A stretch of 64,000 nt of DNA from an uncultured virus (IMG/VR IMGVR_UViG_3300025751_003710) (IMGVR_UViG_3300025751_003710); one strand, 5' to 3'. Counted from the stretch's first letter, positions 9,608 through 18,467 are shown. Made by a program: numbers and translations. The notes: a model not told the origin generated them from the sequence alone.

Positions 9608-10275
9608 AAGAAATAAAATTAGATCGTGATGTAAAAAAGGAAGAGAATTTTACTTTAGTTGACGGTTCATTTTCTTTCGATCATATTTTTTCTATACCAA
9701 TTCTTACAATAAAAGTTAAAGATTGGGATAAGAAGGGTAAATATTTAATGAAATATTACCTAAAACAATCTGAATCTAATAAGATGTATGAAAGGGGTGG
9801 TGAGTTATTAACTTCATACCGCCATAACTTTGATATGAAAGATCATGAACAATTAGATGCTTGGATGGAGGAGCAGGATAAATTCTGTCAAAATATAGAG
9901 AATATATTTGAAGAAGAGTTATCTTTAATATACGATAAGATGATAAAACCATATGACCATCTTTCATTGAGAAAATTGAGAATTGATTCATCTTGGTTTC
10001 AAAATCAAAATAATGGAACTTCACATAGTATTCATACGCATGGATCTAATGGATTAAGTGCAGTTTGTTATGTCAAATATGATGAAAAATATCATACTCC
10101 AACAGTGTTTATTTCTCCACATTTTAATAGTGTTAAAAATATAAACATGGAGTGGTCACCCGAAAGATGTACTGAAGGTACATTGGTTGTTTTTCCTTCT
10201 AATATTTTACATTACACACATCCAAATACTAGTGATATTAGTAGAGTTATTTTATCTTTTAATTTAATGGGTTAG
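9604..10275 (+). CDS. Putative 2OG-Fe(II) oxygenase (cyanophage type)
   Basis: SW...HSIHTH...LSAVCY...GTLVVFPS.ILH...RVILSFN. Confidence 0.8.
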   Translation: MKEIKLDRDVKKEENFTLVDGSFSFDHIFSIPILTIKVKDWDKKGKYLMKYYLKQSESNKMYERGGELLTSYRHNFDMKDHEQLDAWMEEQDKFCQNIENIFEEELSLIYDKMIKPYDHLSLRKLRIDSSWFQNQNNGTSHSIHTHGSNGLSAVCYVKYDEKYHTPTVFISPHFNSVKNINMEWSPERCTEGTLVVFPSNILHYTHPNTSDISRVILSFNLMG

Positions 10276-10299
10276 AATATGACTAGATAATTTAGAGTT

Positions 10300-10791
10300 A
10301 TGTTTTTTATGCCAAAGCAATGTTTAGATATTGAGTTAGGTAAAACAATTCTTGTTTTAAATTCTAGTTATGAACCTATCAACATTACTAATTGGAAAAG
10401 AGCAGTAGTCCTTCTTTTAAAAGAAAAAGCACAAGTTTTATCTAAAAGAGTTATTAGACTTCTAAATTATGTTAAGATACCAATCGCAAAAATAGCATCA
10501 AATAGACCTAGTAAATCTCTTATATACAAAAGAGATAAAAATAAATGTCAGTATTGTGGATCTACTAAAAATCTAACAATAGATCATGTTATCCCCAGAT
10601 GTAAAGGTGGGAAAGACACATGGGATAACCTTGTTGTTGCTTGTTCTACTTGTAATGTTAAGAAAGGGCATAAAACACTAGAACAAGTTAATATGAGACT
10701 TGTTTCTAAACCAAAAGCATACTATAATTCCATTGAAATCACTTTAAAACACAATCAAGTTACTGAATGGGGTGATTACGTTTTCACCTAG
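10300..10791 (+). CDS. HNH endonuclease (McrA-like)
   Basis: LVLNSSYEP, RD..CQYCG, TIDHVIP..GG..TWDNLV.AC..CN..KG. Confidence 0.9.
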   Translation: MFFMPKQCLDIELGKTILVLNSSYEPINITNWKRAVVLLLKEKAQVLSKRVIRLLNYVKIPIAKIASNRPSKSLIYKRDKNKCQYCGSTKNLTIDHVIPRCKGGKDTWDNLVVACSTCNVKKGHKTLEQVNMRLVSKPKAYYNSIEITLKHNQVTEWGDYVFT

Positions 10792-10813
10792 ATAAGTAAC
10801 TTAAATTAATACC

Positions 10814-11488
10814 ATGAAATTTTTTACTAAATTATTCTCTGTTGGGCTGGGTTTAGTCGCTTTATCTTCTCAGGTATTAGCGAATCCAAAACTTGAAAAG
10901 GGATACCGTACTATGGATTCTATGGGGTGCATGTTACTAAGAGAATGTACGGACAATGTCAAACGAATCACAAGTATTCAAGATATTAAAGATCGCTATC
11001 CCTATAGTGATTACAGTAGCGTTGATGATGAGTTTAATGACATCATCAACGCCTTTAATAAGATCGGAGTTGGGGTTTTTCTAGCGGATTCAAAGTATTT
11101 CCCAATTGGACATAGAGGTGTTTATCACACTGTTACCAATAATTTCTTCCTCAATGATTTTCATATGCATCGTCAGAGTACTCTTATGTCTGTGACTAGA
11201 CATGAAGGATGGCACGCTGCTCAGGATTGTATGGCAGGGACTATTGATAATAGTTTGATTGCCATCATTAAACCCGAAGATGAAGTTCCCATGATCTGGC
11301 GTACAATGGCAGAGCGTACTTATCCTAAGTCTGCTGTACCCTGGGAAGCAGAGGCATCGTGGGCAGGTCGTACTGAAGGAATGACAGCAAAAGCACTAGA
11401 AGCATGTGCAACTGGTGCTATGTGGGAAGTATATGAACCAACTCCTCTGACGCGTGAGTATCTTGAAAAGGAGGGTTATATTAAATGA
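10814..11488 (+). CDS. Exported hypothetical protein with HExxH (zincin-like) motif
   Basis: Signal-peptide-like N-terminus; RHEGWHAAQDC; downstream WEAEA. Confidence 0.65.
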   Translation: MKFFTKLFSVGLGLVALSSQVLANPKLEKGYRTMDSMGCMLLRECTDNVKRITSIQDIKDRYPYSDYSSVDDEFNDIINAFNKIGVGVFLADSKYFPIGHRGVYHTVTNNFFLNDFHMHRQSTLMSVTRHEGWHAAQDCMAGTIDNSLIAIIKPEDEVPMIWRTMAERTYPKSAVPWEAEASWAGRTEGMTAKALEACATGAMWEVYEPTPLTREYLEKEGYIK

Positions 11489-11622
11489 ATCCATTGGAAA
11501 TTAAAGAGAATGAAATAAGAGAGTATAGAATTTATGAACTTGAAAAAAGATTGAATAATCTTGAAGAAAAACATGATCAATTGATTAGATCGTTGAAAAT
11601 TGAATTTTATAAAGGAAAATAA
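11485..11622 (+). CDS. Small coiled-coil hypothetical protein (45 aa)
   Basis: Manually translated; overlaps both neighbours at start and stop codons. Confidence 0.55.
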   Translation: MNPLEIKENEIREYRIYELEKRLNNLEEKHDQLIRSLKIEFYKGK

Positions 11623-11891
11623 TGCCAAGGTCTAAAGCAACAACAAAACCTAAAGCAACAACAAAACCTAAAGCAACAACAAAACCTAAAGCAACAAAAA
11701 CTTATAAAAGAAAAAAACTTTCAGTAGAAGAACTACACCCCTTTTCTATGTTTCCATTTCGTTTAGAGTTTAAAGATGGAGAAGAAATCCGAGTTTGCCA
11801 TTTCCAGTGCGAAGAGCACAGAAACAAACACATTAAAAGATATGGAATGCGAAAAAATCAATTCTGCATTGATGATTTCACCATTACCTAA
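11622..11891 (+). CDS. Hypothetical protein with basic KATTKP repeats
   Basis: ORF track; internal tandem repeat. Confidence 0.7.
   Translation: MPRSKATTKPKATTKPKATTKPKATKTYKRKKLSVEELHPFSMFPFRLEFKDGEEIRVCHFQCEEHRNKHIKRYGMRKNQFCIDDFTIT
11632..11697 (+). repeat. 18-bp perfect tandem repeat (ctaaagcaacaacaaaac) x3.6
   Basis: Read directly from the sequence. Confidence 0.95.
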
Positions 11892-11909
11892 CGTTAGACG
11901 CATTACAAA

Positions 11910-12938
11910 ATGACTAAAAAAGCACTTATTACTGGTGGTGCTGGTTTTATTGCACACCACCTTATTGGACAAATTCTCAAAACAACTGATTGGCAAGTAA
12001 TTACATTAGATCGCCTTGATTATAGTGGTAATTTGAATCGTCTTCATGATCTTATGCTTTCATTTGAACCTGAAGTTCGTAAGCGTGTTAAGATTGTTCA
12101 TCATGATTTGAAAGCAGAACTGAATCCACTGGTTTGTTCTGAAATTGGAAATGTTGATTACATTCTGCATCTTGCTGCTGGATCTCATGTTGATCGGAGT
12201 ATTCTCTATCCAATGGAGTTTGTTCTAGATAATGTTGTAGCAACTTGTAACATTCTTGAGTTTGCACGACTTCAAAAAGATAATCTTGAGCGTTTTATCT
12301 ATTTTGGTACTGATGAAGTATTTGGTCCTGCTCCAAATGGTATTAAATATAAGGAAAATGATCGCTACAATTCGACTAATCCTTATAGTGCAACCAAAGC
12401 GGGTGGTGAAGAACTTGCTGTAGCGTATGAAAATACTTATGGTCTTCCTATCTACATTACTCATACAATGAATGTATTTGGGGAGCGTCAGCATCCAGAA
12501 AAGTACATTCCAATGTGTATTCGTAAAATTCGTGATGGTGAATGTGTGACAATTCATAGTGATTCTACTAAAACTATTCCTGGTTCACGTCACTATATTC
12601 ATGCCGAAGATGTTGCATCTGCTATTCTATTTCTACTGAACTATGAGGGTAAGTTTGAACCTACTTGGGGTAACGCTAAATGTCCTAAGTTTAACATTGT
12701 TGGAGCAGAAGAACTCAACAACTTGGAACTCGCAAAAATCATCGCAGAAGCCCAAGAAACAGACCTAGTTTATGAATTAGTTGACTTTCATTCTTCACGT
12801 CCTGGGCACGACTTGCGTTACGCTCTAGATGGTGATAAAATGAAAGAATTGGGATGGGTTCCTGCTAAATCCGTTCGGGAACGTATTGCAGAAGTTACAC
12901 AATGGACTCTTAATAATGAACGTTGGATTACATTATGA
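11910..12938 (+). CDS. rmlB: NAD-dependent nucleotide-sugar dehydratase (dTDP-glucose 4,6-dehydratase-like)
   Basis: ITGGAGFIA, HLAAGSHVDRS, GTDEVFG, PYSATK, RPGHDLRY. Confidence 0.85.
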   Translation: MTKKALITGGAGFIAHHLIGQILKTTDWQVITLDRLDYSGNLNRLHDLMLSFEPEVRKRVKIVHHDLKAELNPLVCSEIGNVDYILHLAAGSHVDRSILYPMEFVLDNVVATCNILEFARLQKDNLERFIYFGTDEVFGPAPNGIKYKENDRYNSTNPYSATKAGGEELAVAYENTYGLPIYITHTMNVFGERQHPEKYIPMCIRKIRDGECVTIHSDSTKTIPGSRHYIHAEDVASAILFLLNYEGKFEPTWGNAKCPKFNIVGAEELNNLELAKIIAEAQETDLVYELVDFHSSRPGHDLRYALDGDKMKELGWVPAKSVRERIAEVTQWTLNNERWITL

Positions 12939-12972
12939 ATCTTCTCAAACTATCAAATAATTAACAAGTAGT

Positions 12973-13155
12973 ATGACTAAAAAACAATTTATTGGAAAAG
13001 GTGGTGAAACATGGGAGTGGACAGAAACTCCAGAAGTTGTTGCCGCAGTGAAAAAACTGCATGAAAGTTCAAAAAAAGACCAAGAGGTAAAAGTTCCTAG
13101 AAATTATCAAGGACCACTTTATGCCCCACATCCAGACCTGATGAAGAAAAAATGA
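12973..13155 (+). CDS. Hypothetical protein
   Basis: ORF track; packed with neighbours. Confidence 0.6.
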   Translation: MTKKQFIGKGGETWEWTETPEVVAAVKKLHESSKKDQEVKVPRNYQGPLYAPHPDLMKKK

Positions 13156-13451
13156 AACTATTAACACTTGAAGATTATCAAAAAGCAGGTGAAACATTCT
13201 GGCCAAAGTATTGGTATATTTCCAAAGAACTTGGCGAGAACGCAAAGGCTGAAGATATCCTTAGGGTTATGGAAGCAATTGGTGGTGTTGCATTGAAACT
13301 TGTACTTGAAGAAAAAGAAGGACCTTTCGGTTTTAACAAAAAAATTGAGGAATCGAATAGTGAATCTACTAATGCAATGTATAAAAATAAACCATTTGAG
13401 AATCCATGTCCTGGTGGCATTATGGTAAATGGGGAGTGTTGTGACTTGTGA
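13152..13451 (+). CDS. Hypothetical protein
   Basis: ORF track; ATGA overlap. Confidence 0.7.
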   Translation: MKLLTLEDYQKAGETFWPKYWYISKELGENAKAEDILRVMEAIGGVALKLVLEEKEGPFGFNKKIEESNSESTNAMYKNKPFENPCPGGIMVNGECCDL

Positions 13452-13792
13452 AAAAAACTGAGAAACCTTGGGGGTGGTATATTGTACATGAAGAAAACGA
13501 GGATAACCCTTATAAAATTAAAACAATATACATTGAACCACACCTCCAGTTTTCTCTGCAAAAACATAAGCATAGGGAAGAGTTCTGGGTAATAGTTAAA
13601 GGGTATGGTTCATTAACCATTGATGATAGTAAATGGCAAGTTTCACGTGGTGACTATATTCATATTGATAAAGATGTAGTTCATAGATTAACTGCTGGTG
13701 AAGAAGGTATCAAATTTGTTGAAGTTCAACTAGGTGATATTTGTGACGAATGTGATATTATTAGATTAGAAGATGATTATGGGAGAACCTAA
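13448..13792 (+). CDS. Cupin, type II mannose-6-phosphate isomerase-like domain
   Basis: KPWG.Y, FSLQKH.HR.E.W, HRL, EVQLG, DIIRLEDDYGR. Confidence 0.85.
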   Translation: MKKTEKPWGWYIVHEENEDNPYKIKTIYIEPHLQFSLQKHKHREEFWVIVKGYGSLTIDDSKWQVSRGDYIHIDKDVVHRLTAGEEGIKFVEVQLGDICDECDIIRLEDDYGRT

Positions 13793-14094
13793 TGGAACAA
13801 ACAAAACAAGAACAAAAAAGAAAACCACGCCTTCAAGATTCTTTTGGTGGCACTGTTGAAAAGAACATTCCCGAAGATGTAGAGTGGATTGATGATACTT
13901 TCTACATCAAAACCACTCGCTTTGGATTATACACAAGTATTCTGAAAGATCCTCTTGGTCAGCACTTTATCACTGGTGGCACAGAAGAAGGAGTGCTAAA
14001 TGTTACACGTTGGCATCTCAAAGCACTGCAAGATGGAACGATTGATGATTACACTCGTGTTGTAAATAGTGGAGTCGTTGGTGGTAAGTTGTGA
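13792..14094 (+). CDS. Hypothetical protein
   Basis: ORF track; packed. Confidence 0.7.
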   Translation: MEQTKQEQKRKPRLQDSFGGTVEKNIPEDVEWIDDTFYIKTTRFGLYTSILKDPLGQHFITGGTEEGVLNVTRWHLKALQDGTIDDYTRVVNSGVVGGKL

Positions 14095-14342
14095 TTTATT
14101 CAATCCGTGTTTGGTTGTGGGGAATTGTTTCTGAGTTAGAATATCAACTCTATCCTTGGAAGACATCAACCCCACCAGAATGGATAGGGCATGAGCATAA
14201 AATAGAAGAAAATTACGCACAAAACTTTAATGATGACTGGTTAAAGTCACATGAAGACAAAATTTCTAGACTTCAACAAGAGATGATTTGGGTTACACAA
14301 GAAATACATAAACTTAACGTTTATCATAATACTCATGACTAA
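14091..14342 (+). CDS. Hypothetical protein
   Basis: ORF track; GTGA overlap. Confidence 0.6.
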   Translation: MIYSIRVWLWGIVSELEYQLYPWKTSTPPEWIGHEHKIEENYAQNFNDDWLKSHEDKISRLQQEMIWVTQEIHKLNVYHNTHD

Positions 14343-14556
14343 ACCTAATCCCTACTGGTTCTTTGAAAAGTGGGGTATCAAAGAACAACCACCAATCGAT
14401 TCTATTCTTGATAAGATAGAAGAACTTGAAAATCGTGTCAAATTATTAGAAGAAGAAAACATTTCACAGACTAATTCTCTGCACGAATGTTGGAACTCAC
14501 TTGATGCCAGAATTGATATTCTAATTGAAAAAATTAGGGGTATTGGTGATGTATGA
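14335..14556 (+). CDS. Hypothetical coiled-coil protein
   Basis: ORF track. Confidence 0.65.
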   Translation: MTKPNPYWFFEKWGIKEQPPIDSILDKIEELENRVKLLEEENISQTNSLHECWNSLDARIDILIEKIRGIGDV

Positions 14557-14731
14557 AGAATTAAATTGCTTTGAAGAAGCATTGAAACACTTTGGCACCA
14601 GAGTAGAAGTCATTACTGCCATGGAGATGTCAAAGAGAATTTCTCCAGAAGATGCTTATCAAATGATTAAAAATGAACTCAAAGAAGTCAAAAAATGTCG
14701 TAAACAATTTAACAAAGATAATGACTGTTGA
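14549..14731 (+). CDS. Hypothetical protein (MYEELNCFEE...)
   Basis: Start moved to the ATG at 14549. Confidence 0.65.
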   Translation: MYEELNCFEEALKHFGTRVEVITAMEMSKRISPEDAYQMIKNELKEVKKCRKQFNKDNDC

Positions 14732-14882
14732 TAGTTTAAAAATTCATCAAAATGAAGATGGATCTTTTAGTATAGAATGGGATAAAGATGATCCAAAGTG
14801 GTCATTTTTAAATGGTATGTCATCTAAAGAAATAAAAACTTTAGTTGAAACTGCAATACAAAATTTTACTGAGGAGGTATAA
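14721..14882 (+). CDS. Hypothetical protein (MTVDSLKIHQ...)
   Basis: Start moved to the ATG at 14721. Confidence 0.6.
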   Translation: MTVDSLKIHQNEDGSFSIEWDKDDPKWSFLNGMSSKEIKTLVETAIQNFTEEV

Positions 14883-14885
14883 AAC

Positions 14886-15113
14886 GTGGCACTTTCAAAT
14901 TCTGTAACCGAATCTTTGAGTGATGCTGAACAATCACTTCGTAATGCACTTGCATTTGCTGCTAGACAAGAAAGACCGATGGTATGTAATGCTATTGCTG
15001 AAATGATTACTAAAATTGATATCATCAAAAATACTGATTCAATTTTAGATAAACTTGAAACACGTAATTCTGGGAGTAGTGGATTTTTTGGTACTTTTAC
15101 CGATGATATGTGA
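14886..15113 (+). CDS. Hypothetical protein
   Basis: GTG start preceded by GAGGAGG. Confidence 0.7.
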   Translation: MALSNSVTESLSDAEQSLRNALAFAARQERPMVCNAIAEMITKIDIIKNTDSILDKLETRNSGSSGFFGTFTDDM

Positions 15114-15207
15114 TTTAGAAATGTAAATCAAACATAAAGGAAATCTAAAGAAATGGGTATATAATTGTGTTGGAATGCTAAAATACTACAGTAATCAAGA
15201 AAAATCC

Positions 15208-15414
15208 ATGACTCTTCCAAAAAATGGTAAAAAACTGACCAAAAAAGAAGAAAAAAGCATGAAAATTGCCTTGGAACAGGCAGATATTCGTGCTATTCAT
15301 CCAGAAAGAATGGAAGCATTTGCAGAATCTATGGTAGAAAATCTTAAAACCTCACTAAAAGGTCAGGCAACTAATGCAAAAGGATGGATAACTTGCGGAC
15401 CATTGGAAGATTGA
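15208..15414 (+). CDS. Hypothetical protein (MTLPKNG...)
   Basis: Start moved to 15208; TAAATA at 15179. Confidence 0.6.
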   Translation: MTLPKNGKKLTKKEEKSMKIALEQADIRAIHPERMEAFAESMVENLKTSLKGQATNAKGWITCGPLED

Positions 15415-15450
15415 CTATAATAAATAGGTACATCATTCAAAATATGCTTA

Positions 15451-15678
15451 ATGGATAGCATCGAACAACACATCCAAAAGGATAAAGACATTCTTCAAGA
15501 TCCTACTGTGTCACCTCAAATGCGCCGCCATATTGAAGGTGAATTGCATGATTTGGAAGAATATGCTGAACACCATAAAGAAGAAATTGAAGCAGGAGAT
15601 CATCACGATCCGAACTATTTGGAATTATTCTGTGATCAAAACCCATCAGAACCCGAATGTTTGATTTACGACGATTGA
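15451..15678 (+). CDS. cp12: CP12 Calvin-cycle inhibitor
   Basis: C-terminal LELFCDQNPSEPECLIYDD signature; TAAATA at 15421. Confidence 0.92.
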   Translation: MDSIEQHIQKDKDILQDPTVSPQMRRHIEGELHDLEEYAEHHKEEIEAGDHHDPNYLELFCDQNPSEPECLIYDD

Positions 15679-15680
15679 TT

Positions 15681-15738
15681 GTGACAGTTAAATAGGTGGC
15701 ATACAAGGGGGTTTCGACCCCCTTTTTTCATGTATATT
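15681..15738 (+). promoter_or_regulatory. Dyad-motif early promoter, copy 3, overlapping a terminator hairpin
   Basis: gtgaca-N10-tggcat, 30 nt, TATATT. Confidence 0.6.
15705..15728 (+). terminator. Rho-independent terminator after cp12
   Basis: aagggggt-ttcg-accccc-tttttt. Confidence 0.75.
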
Positions 15739-15829
15739 AAGAAGGTGGTTGAGAGATCACTGACCTCCTACGGGACTAAACCAAACACAGGCGCTGGTCA
15801 CCCTGTATCACTTCATTTAAATTTTCATT

Positions 15830-16258
15830 ATGGGCACTCGTTCTCGAATTGGTATTCAACTGAGTGATGATTCTATTCTTTCTGTTTACTGCCACTGGGA
15901 TGGTTATCCTTCTTTCAATGGCAAAGTTCTCCGCGAATTCTATGATACGAAGGAGAAAGTGACTCAACTTATTAACGGTGGTAACATTAGTGCTCTCCAC
16001 ACTAATGCTGGTTGGCAGAATGAAACTCTTTCTGAAACTGGTCCTCTTTACTATACTTCCCGTGGAGAGACTATTGATGAAAATGCACCTGAACTGAACA
16101 AAAATAAGAGGGAGTATCTCAAAACTGCAGATAATTGTGGTGAAGAGTATGCTTATCTCTTCACAAGTGCTGGGTGGACATGCTACAATACCCGCTCTTG
16201 GGATGAGAACTATATGAAAGAAGAAGAAATCCCTGCTGGTTCTATCAACGACAAATGA
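15830..16258 (+). CDS. Phage hypothetical protein (YCHWDGYP motif)
   Basis: MGTRSRIG...VYCHWDGYP...EEYAYLF. Confidence 0.8.
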   Translation: MGTRSRIGIQLSDDSILSVYCHWDGYPSFNGKVLREFYDTKEKVTQLINGGNISALHTNAGWQNETLSETGPLYYTSRGETIDENAPELNKNKREYLKTADNCGEEYAYLFTSAGWTCYNTRSWDENYMKEEEIPAGSINDK

Positions 16259-16536
16259 TTATCACACGCGAACAAGTCTCCATCAAACGTAGTGAATGGG
16301 AGTGTTATATTGACACTCCCGATTCTGTGATTGATATTATTAATAAAGAATTTTCTGAGATTCTATCGTCCACCACTAGTCCAGTTTATGCACAGAAGAG
16401 AATTTATGATTTTTGTATACAATATACTCAATGGGGATTTAATGACAGCGAATGTAATCAAGTGGCAACAAATGTGATTAATAAGTATTATCAATCCAAT
16501 ATTGATCGTTGGGCAATGCTTGATGTGACAGTCTAA
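16255..16536 (+). CDS. Hypothetical protein
   Basis: ATGA overlap. Confidence 0.65.
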   Translation: MIITREQVSIKRSEWECYIDTPDSVIDIINKEFSEILSSTTSPVYAQKRIYDFCIQYTQWGFNDSECNQVATNVINKYYQSNIDRWAMLDVTV

Positions 16537-16582
16537 TAACCTGCACAGGATGCCCTGAAACGCTTCTATATGCCCTTATAAT
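16525..16582 (+). promoter_or_regulatory. Dyad-motif early promoter, copy 4
   Basis: gtgaca-N10-ctgcac, 30 nt, TATAAT. Confidence 0.65.
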
Positions 16583-16603
16583 ACGTTCATACGCAACCAA
16601 CCA

Positions 16604-17002
16604 ATGCGATCCACCTTCTCCGACTACTGCGCCACTCAGGATGCCCGCAACACCATTCAATTGAATGTTCGTAAGTACACTCTCATGCTGTGTGATGCGC
16701 TGGAGCAGAACTTCAAGGATCGTAATCATGGCACTGTCGGTGGCTATGATGCTCCTGTGTATAAGTTTGTGATCGAATCTGGTCGCAAGTATCATAAGAT
16801 CATTATGGAGGTTCCTAACAACAATCGTCCTGCTTCCCGTAGTGTTCATGCTTTCGTAGACAAGAAAACTGGTGAGGTTTACAAGTCTGCATCATTCAAA
16901 GCACCAGCCAAAGGTGTTCGTTTCAACCTGCTGATTATTGAGCAGCGTGAATGGTTGCTTGCCAATGCTGATTGGGCAGGTGGTTATCTGTATGTACGTT
17001 GA
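16604..17002 (+). CDS. Phage hypothetical protein (GRKY.KI...SVHAFVD..TG.VYK.AS.KAPAKG motif)
   Basis: ORF downstream of promoter; motif recognisable in T4-like phage early proteins. Confidence 0.8.
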   Translation: MRSTFSDYCATQDARNTIQLNVRKYTLMLCDALEQNFKDRNHGTVGGYDAPVYKFVIESGRKYHKIIMEVPNNNRPASRSVHAFVDKKTGEVYKSASFKAPAKGVRFNLLIIEQREWLLANADWAGGYLYVR

Positions 17003-17054
17003 GGTTACATTAATCCATATGCTATAATTATTATGTTCATTTGAGGATAAAGTT

Positions 17055-17216
17055 ATGAATGATCATCGTCACTATCAAACTGAAAGCGAACGTCGTCAAC
17101 TTGATGGAGTTGTGCATGATGCTGAAGCAAACGGATGGGAAATTTCTAAAATGAATAGAATGAAAGTACGTGCTAATACTTTGCCAGATGACTCTTTGAT
17201 TATTGATGAACAATGA
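17055..17216 (+). CDS. Small hypothetical protein (53 aa)
   Basis: Manually translated; GAGG RBS, upstream TGcTATAAT, ATGA overlap with the next gene. Confidence 0.65.
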   Translation: MNDHRHYQTESERRQLDGVVHDAEANGWEISKMNRMKVRANTLPDDSLIIDEQ

Positions 17217-17440
17217 ATAAAAATTGGGAAGTAATGAATGATCTTGAAGAAGCATTTAATCAAATCACCACATTTAATTTTCTTCTTGATCAACTACAAG
17301 AAGCAGTAGATGCTGGTGAAAAGCAAAAAATTGTTGACATTACACTTGCATTAAATGCTTTTTATCACCCTTATTGTAATAATTGGGATGATAAATTTAA
17401 GAAAGCATGGAACCACGTTGTAAAAAATGACATCCAATGA
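17213..17440 (+). CDS. Hypothetical protein
   Basis: ORF track. Confidence 0.7.
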   Translation: MNKNWEVMNDLEEAFNQITTFNFLLDQLQEAVDAGEKQKIVDITLALNAFYHPYCNNWDDKFKKAWNHVVKNDIQ

Positions 17441-17640
17441 TTTATTCCAAAGAAGAACTTATCAATGCATTGTGTGCAGAGTATGATTATCTCTGCCATG
17501 ATGATTTTAATCCCGATACTGATCCTACCTTAGATGAATATCGGGATGAAATGGAAGAACTTACGATTGAACAATTAATCGAAGAAACTTCTACAGATGA
17601 GCATTATACGCTGGAAGAGTTTATGGAAAATTGGGGATGA
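17437..17640 (+). CDS. Acidic hypothetical protein
   Basis: ORF track. Confidence 0.7.
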   Translation: MIYSKEELINALCAEYDYLCHDDFNPDTDPTLDEYRDEMEELTIEQLIEETSTDEHYTLEEFMENWG

Positions 17641-17771
17641 CAACTAAAGAAAAACTAGTCTTTATTGGTTCATTTGTTTGGTTAATGCACTGGGGCACAT
17701 GTCTATCATCACTCATTCTGGATACGGTTATTCTAAAGTCCTCTGTGAGGATGTTACCTCTTGGTTTCTGA
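17637..17771 (+). CDS. Possible 44-aa hydrophobic peptide overlapping the next gene
   Basis: ATGA-coupled to the upstream gene; MTTKEKLVFIGSFVWLMHWG... Confidence 0.4.
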   Translation: MTTKEKLVFIGSFVWLMHWGTCLSSLILDTVILKSSVRMLPLGF

Positions 17772-18175
17772 ATAATTTCTTCCCCAATCACAAAATCACG
17801 ATTGATATCGTTCATCGTGGTCTGAAACGTGAGGGTGTGAATGGTTATTGTGATGTGGTCGGTGAATCCTATCGTCCACGTCACTTTCTGATCGAAATGG
17901 ATACCCATATGGACAGGGACTTGTATATAAAAACTCTTTTGCATGAACTGACCCATCTGGCACAGTGGATACGTGGTTCCCTGCGGCACCGTTATGGAAA
18001 ATTGTGTTATTGTAAAACACCAGTAGAAAATTGGGACTATTGGTATCAACCACATGAAATTGAGGCGCGGGAAGAAGAAGATAGGTTATACAATTGGTGG
18101 TTAACCGATACTTTTGGTGTGCAGGATGAAAAAGTGTCACATGGGTTTGTTAACCGCCTATGTACTCCTGTATAA
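17699..18175 (+). CDS. Zincin-like metallopeptidase
   Basis: TLLHELTHLAQW and QPHEIEA. Confidence 0.75.
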   Translation: MSIITHSGYGYSKVLCEDVTSWFLNNFFPNHKITIDIVHRGLKREGVNGYCDVVGESYRPRHFLIEMDTHMDRDLYIKTLLHELTHLAQWIRGSLRHRYGKLCYCKTPVENWDYWYQPHEIEAREEEDRLYNWWLTDTFGVQDEKVSHGFVNRLCTPV

Positions 18176-18176
18176 T
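18119..18176 (+). promoter_or_regulatory. Dyad-motif early promoter, copy 5
   Basis: gtgcag-N10-tgtcac, 30 nt, TATAAT. Confidence 0.6.
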
Positions 18177-18193
18177 TACAAGGTAATCAACTG

Positions 18194-18394
18194 ATGAACA
18201 TGTTCTCCATTGATGATCAACTGGTAATGATAATTGATCGTTTGAATGCTGCGATCAATGTTTGTCATGAAGCACCTGAGAATGAGGATCAAGGTTATCC
18301 TTATGCAACAGGATATGCACGATCTGCAATGTCTGATGTTGCAGATGATTTAAGCGCCATTCTTAATCAAATGCGGGAGCGGGTGGACAGTTGA
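18194..18394 (+). CDS. Hypothetical protein
   Basis: ORF track. Confidence 0.7.
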   Translation: MNMFSIDDQLVMIIDRLNAAINVCHEAPENEDQGYPYATGYARSAMSDVADDLSAILNQMRERVDS

Positions 18395-18441
18395 GAGAGT
18401 GTCCACTCTGCCCCTGACTCTACTCCACTCTGCCCTATAAT
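18383..18441 (+). promoter_or_regulatory. Dyad-motif early promoter, copy 6
   Basis: GTGGACA-N10-TGTCCAC perfect dyad; TATAAT at 18436. Confidence 0.7.
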
Positions 18442-18467
18442 AAGAACATCGACAGGGAGACAACCCC

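Noticed and set aside
15681..18441. Dyad motif as an NtcA or CRP site
   Set aside because: Arms and spacing do not match GTA-N8-TAC or TGTGA-N6-TCACA.
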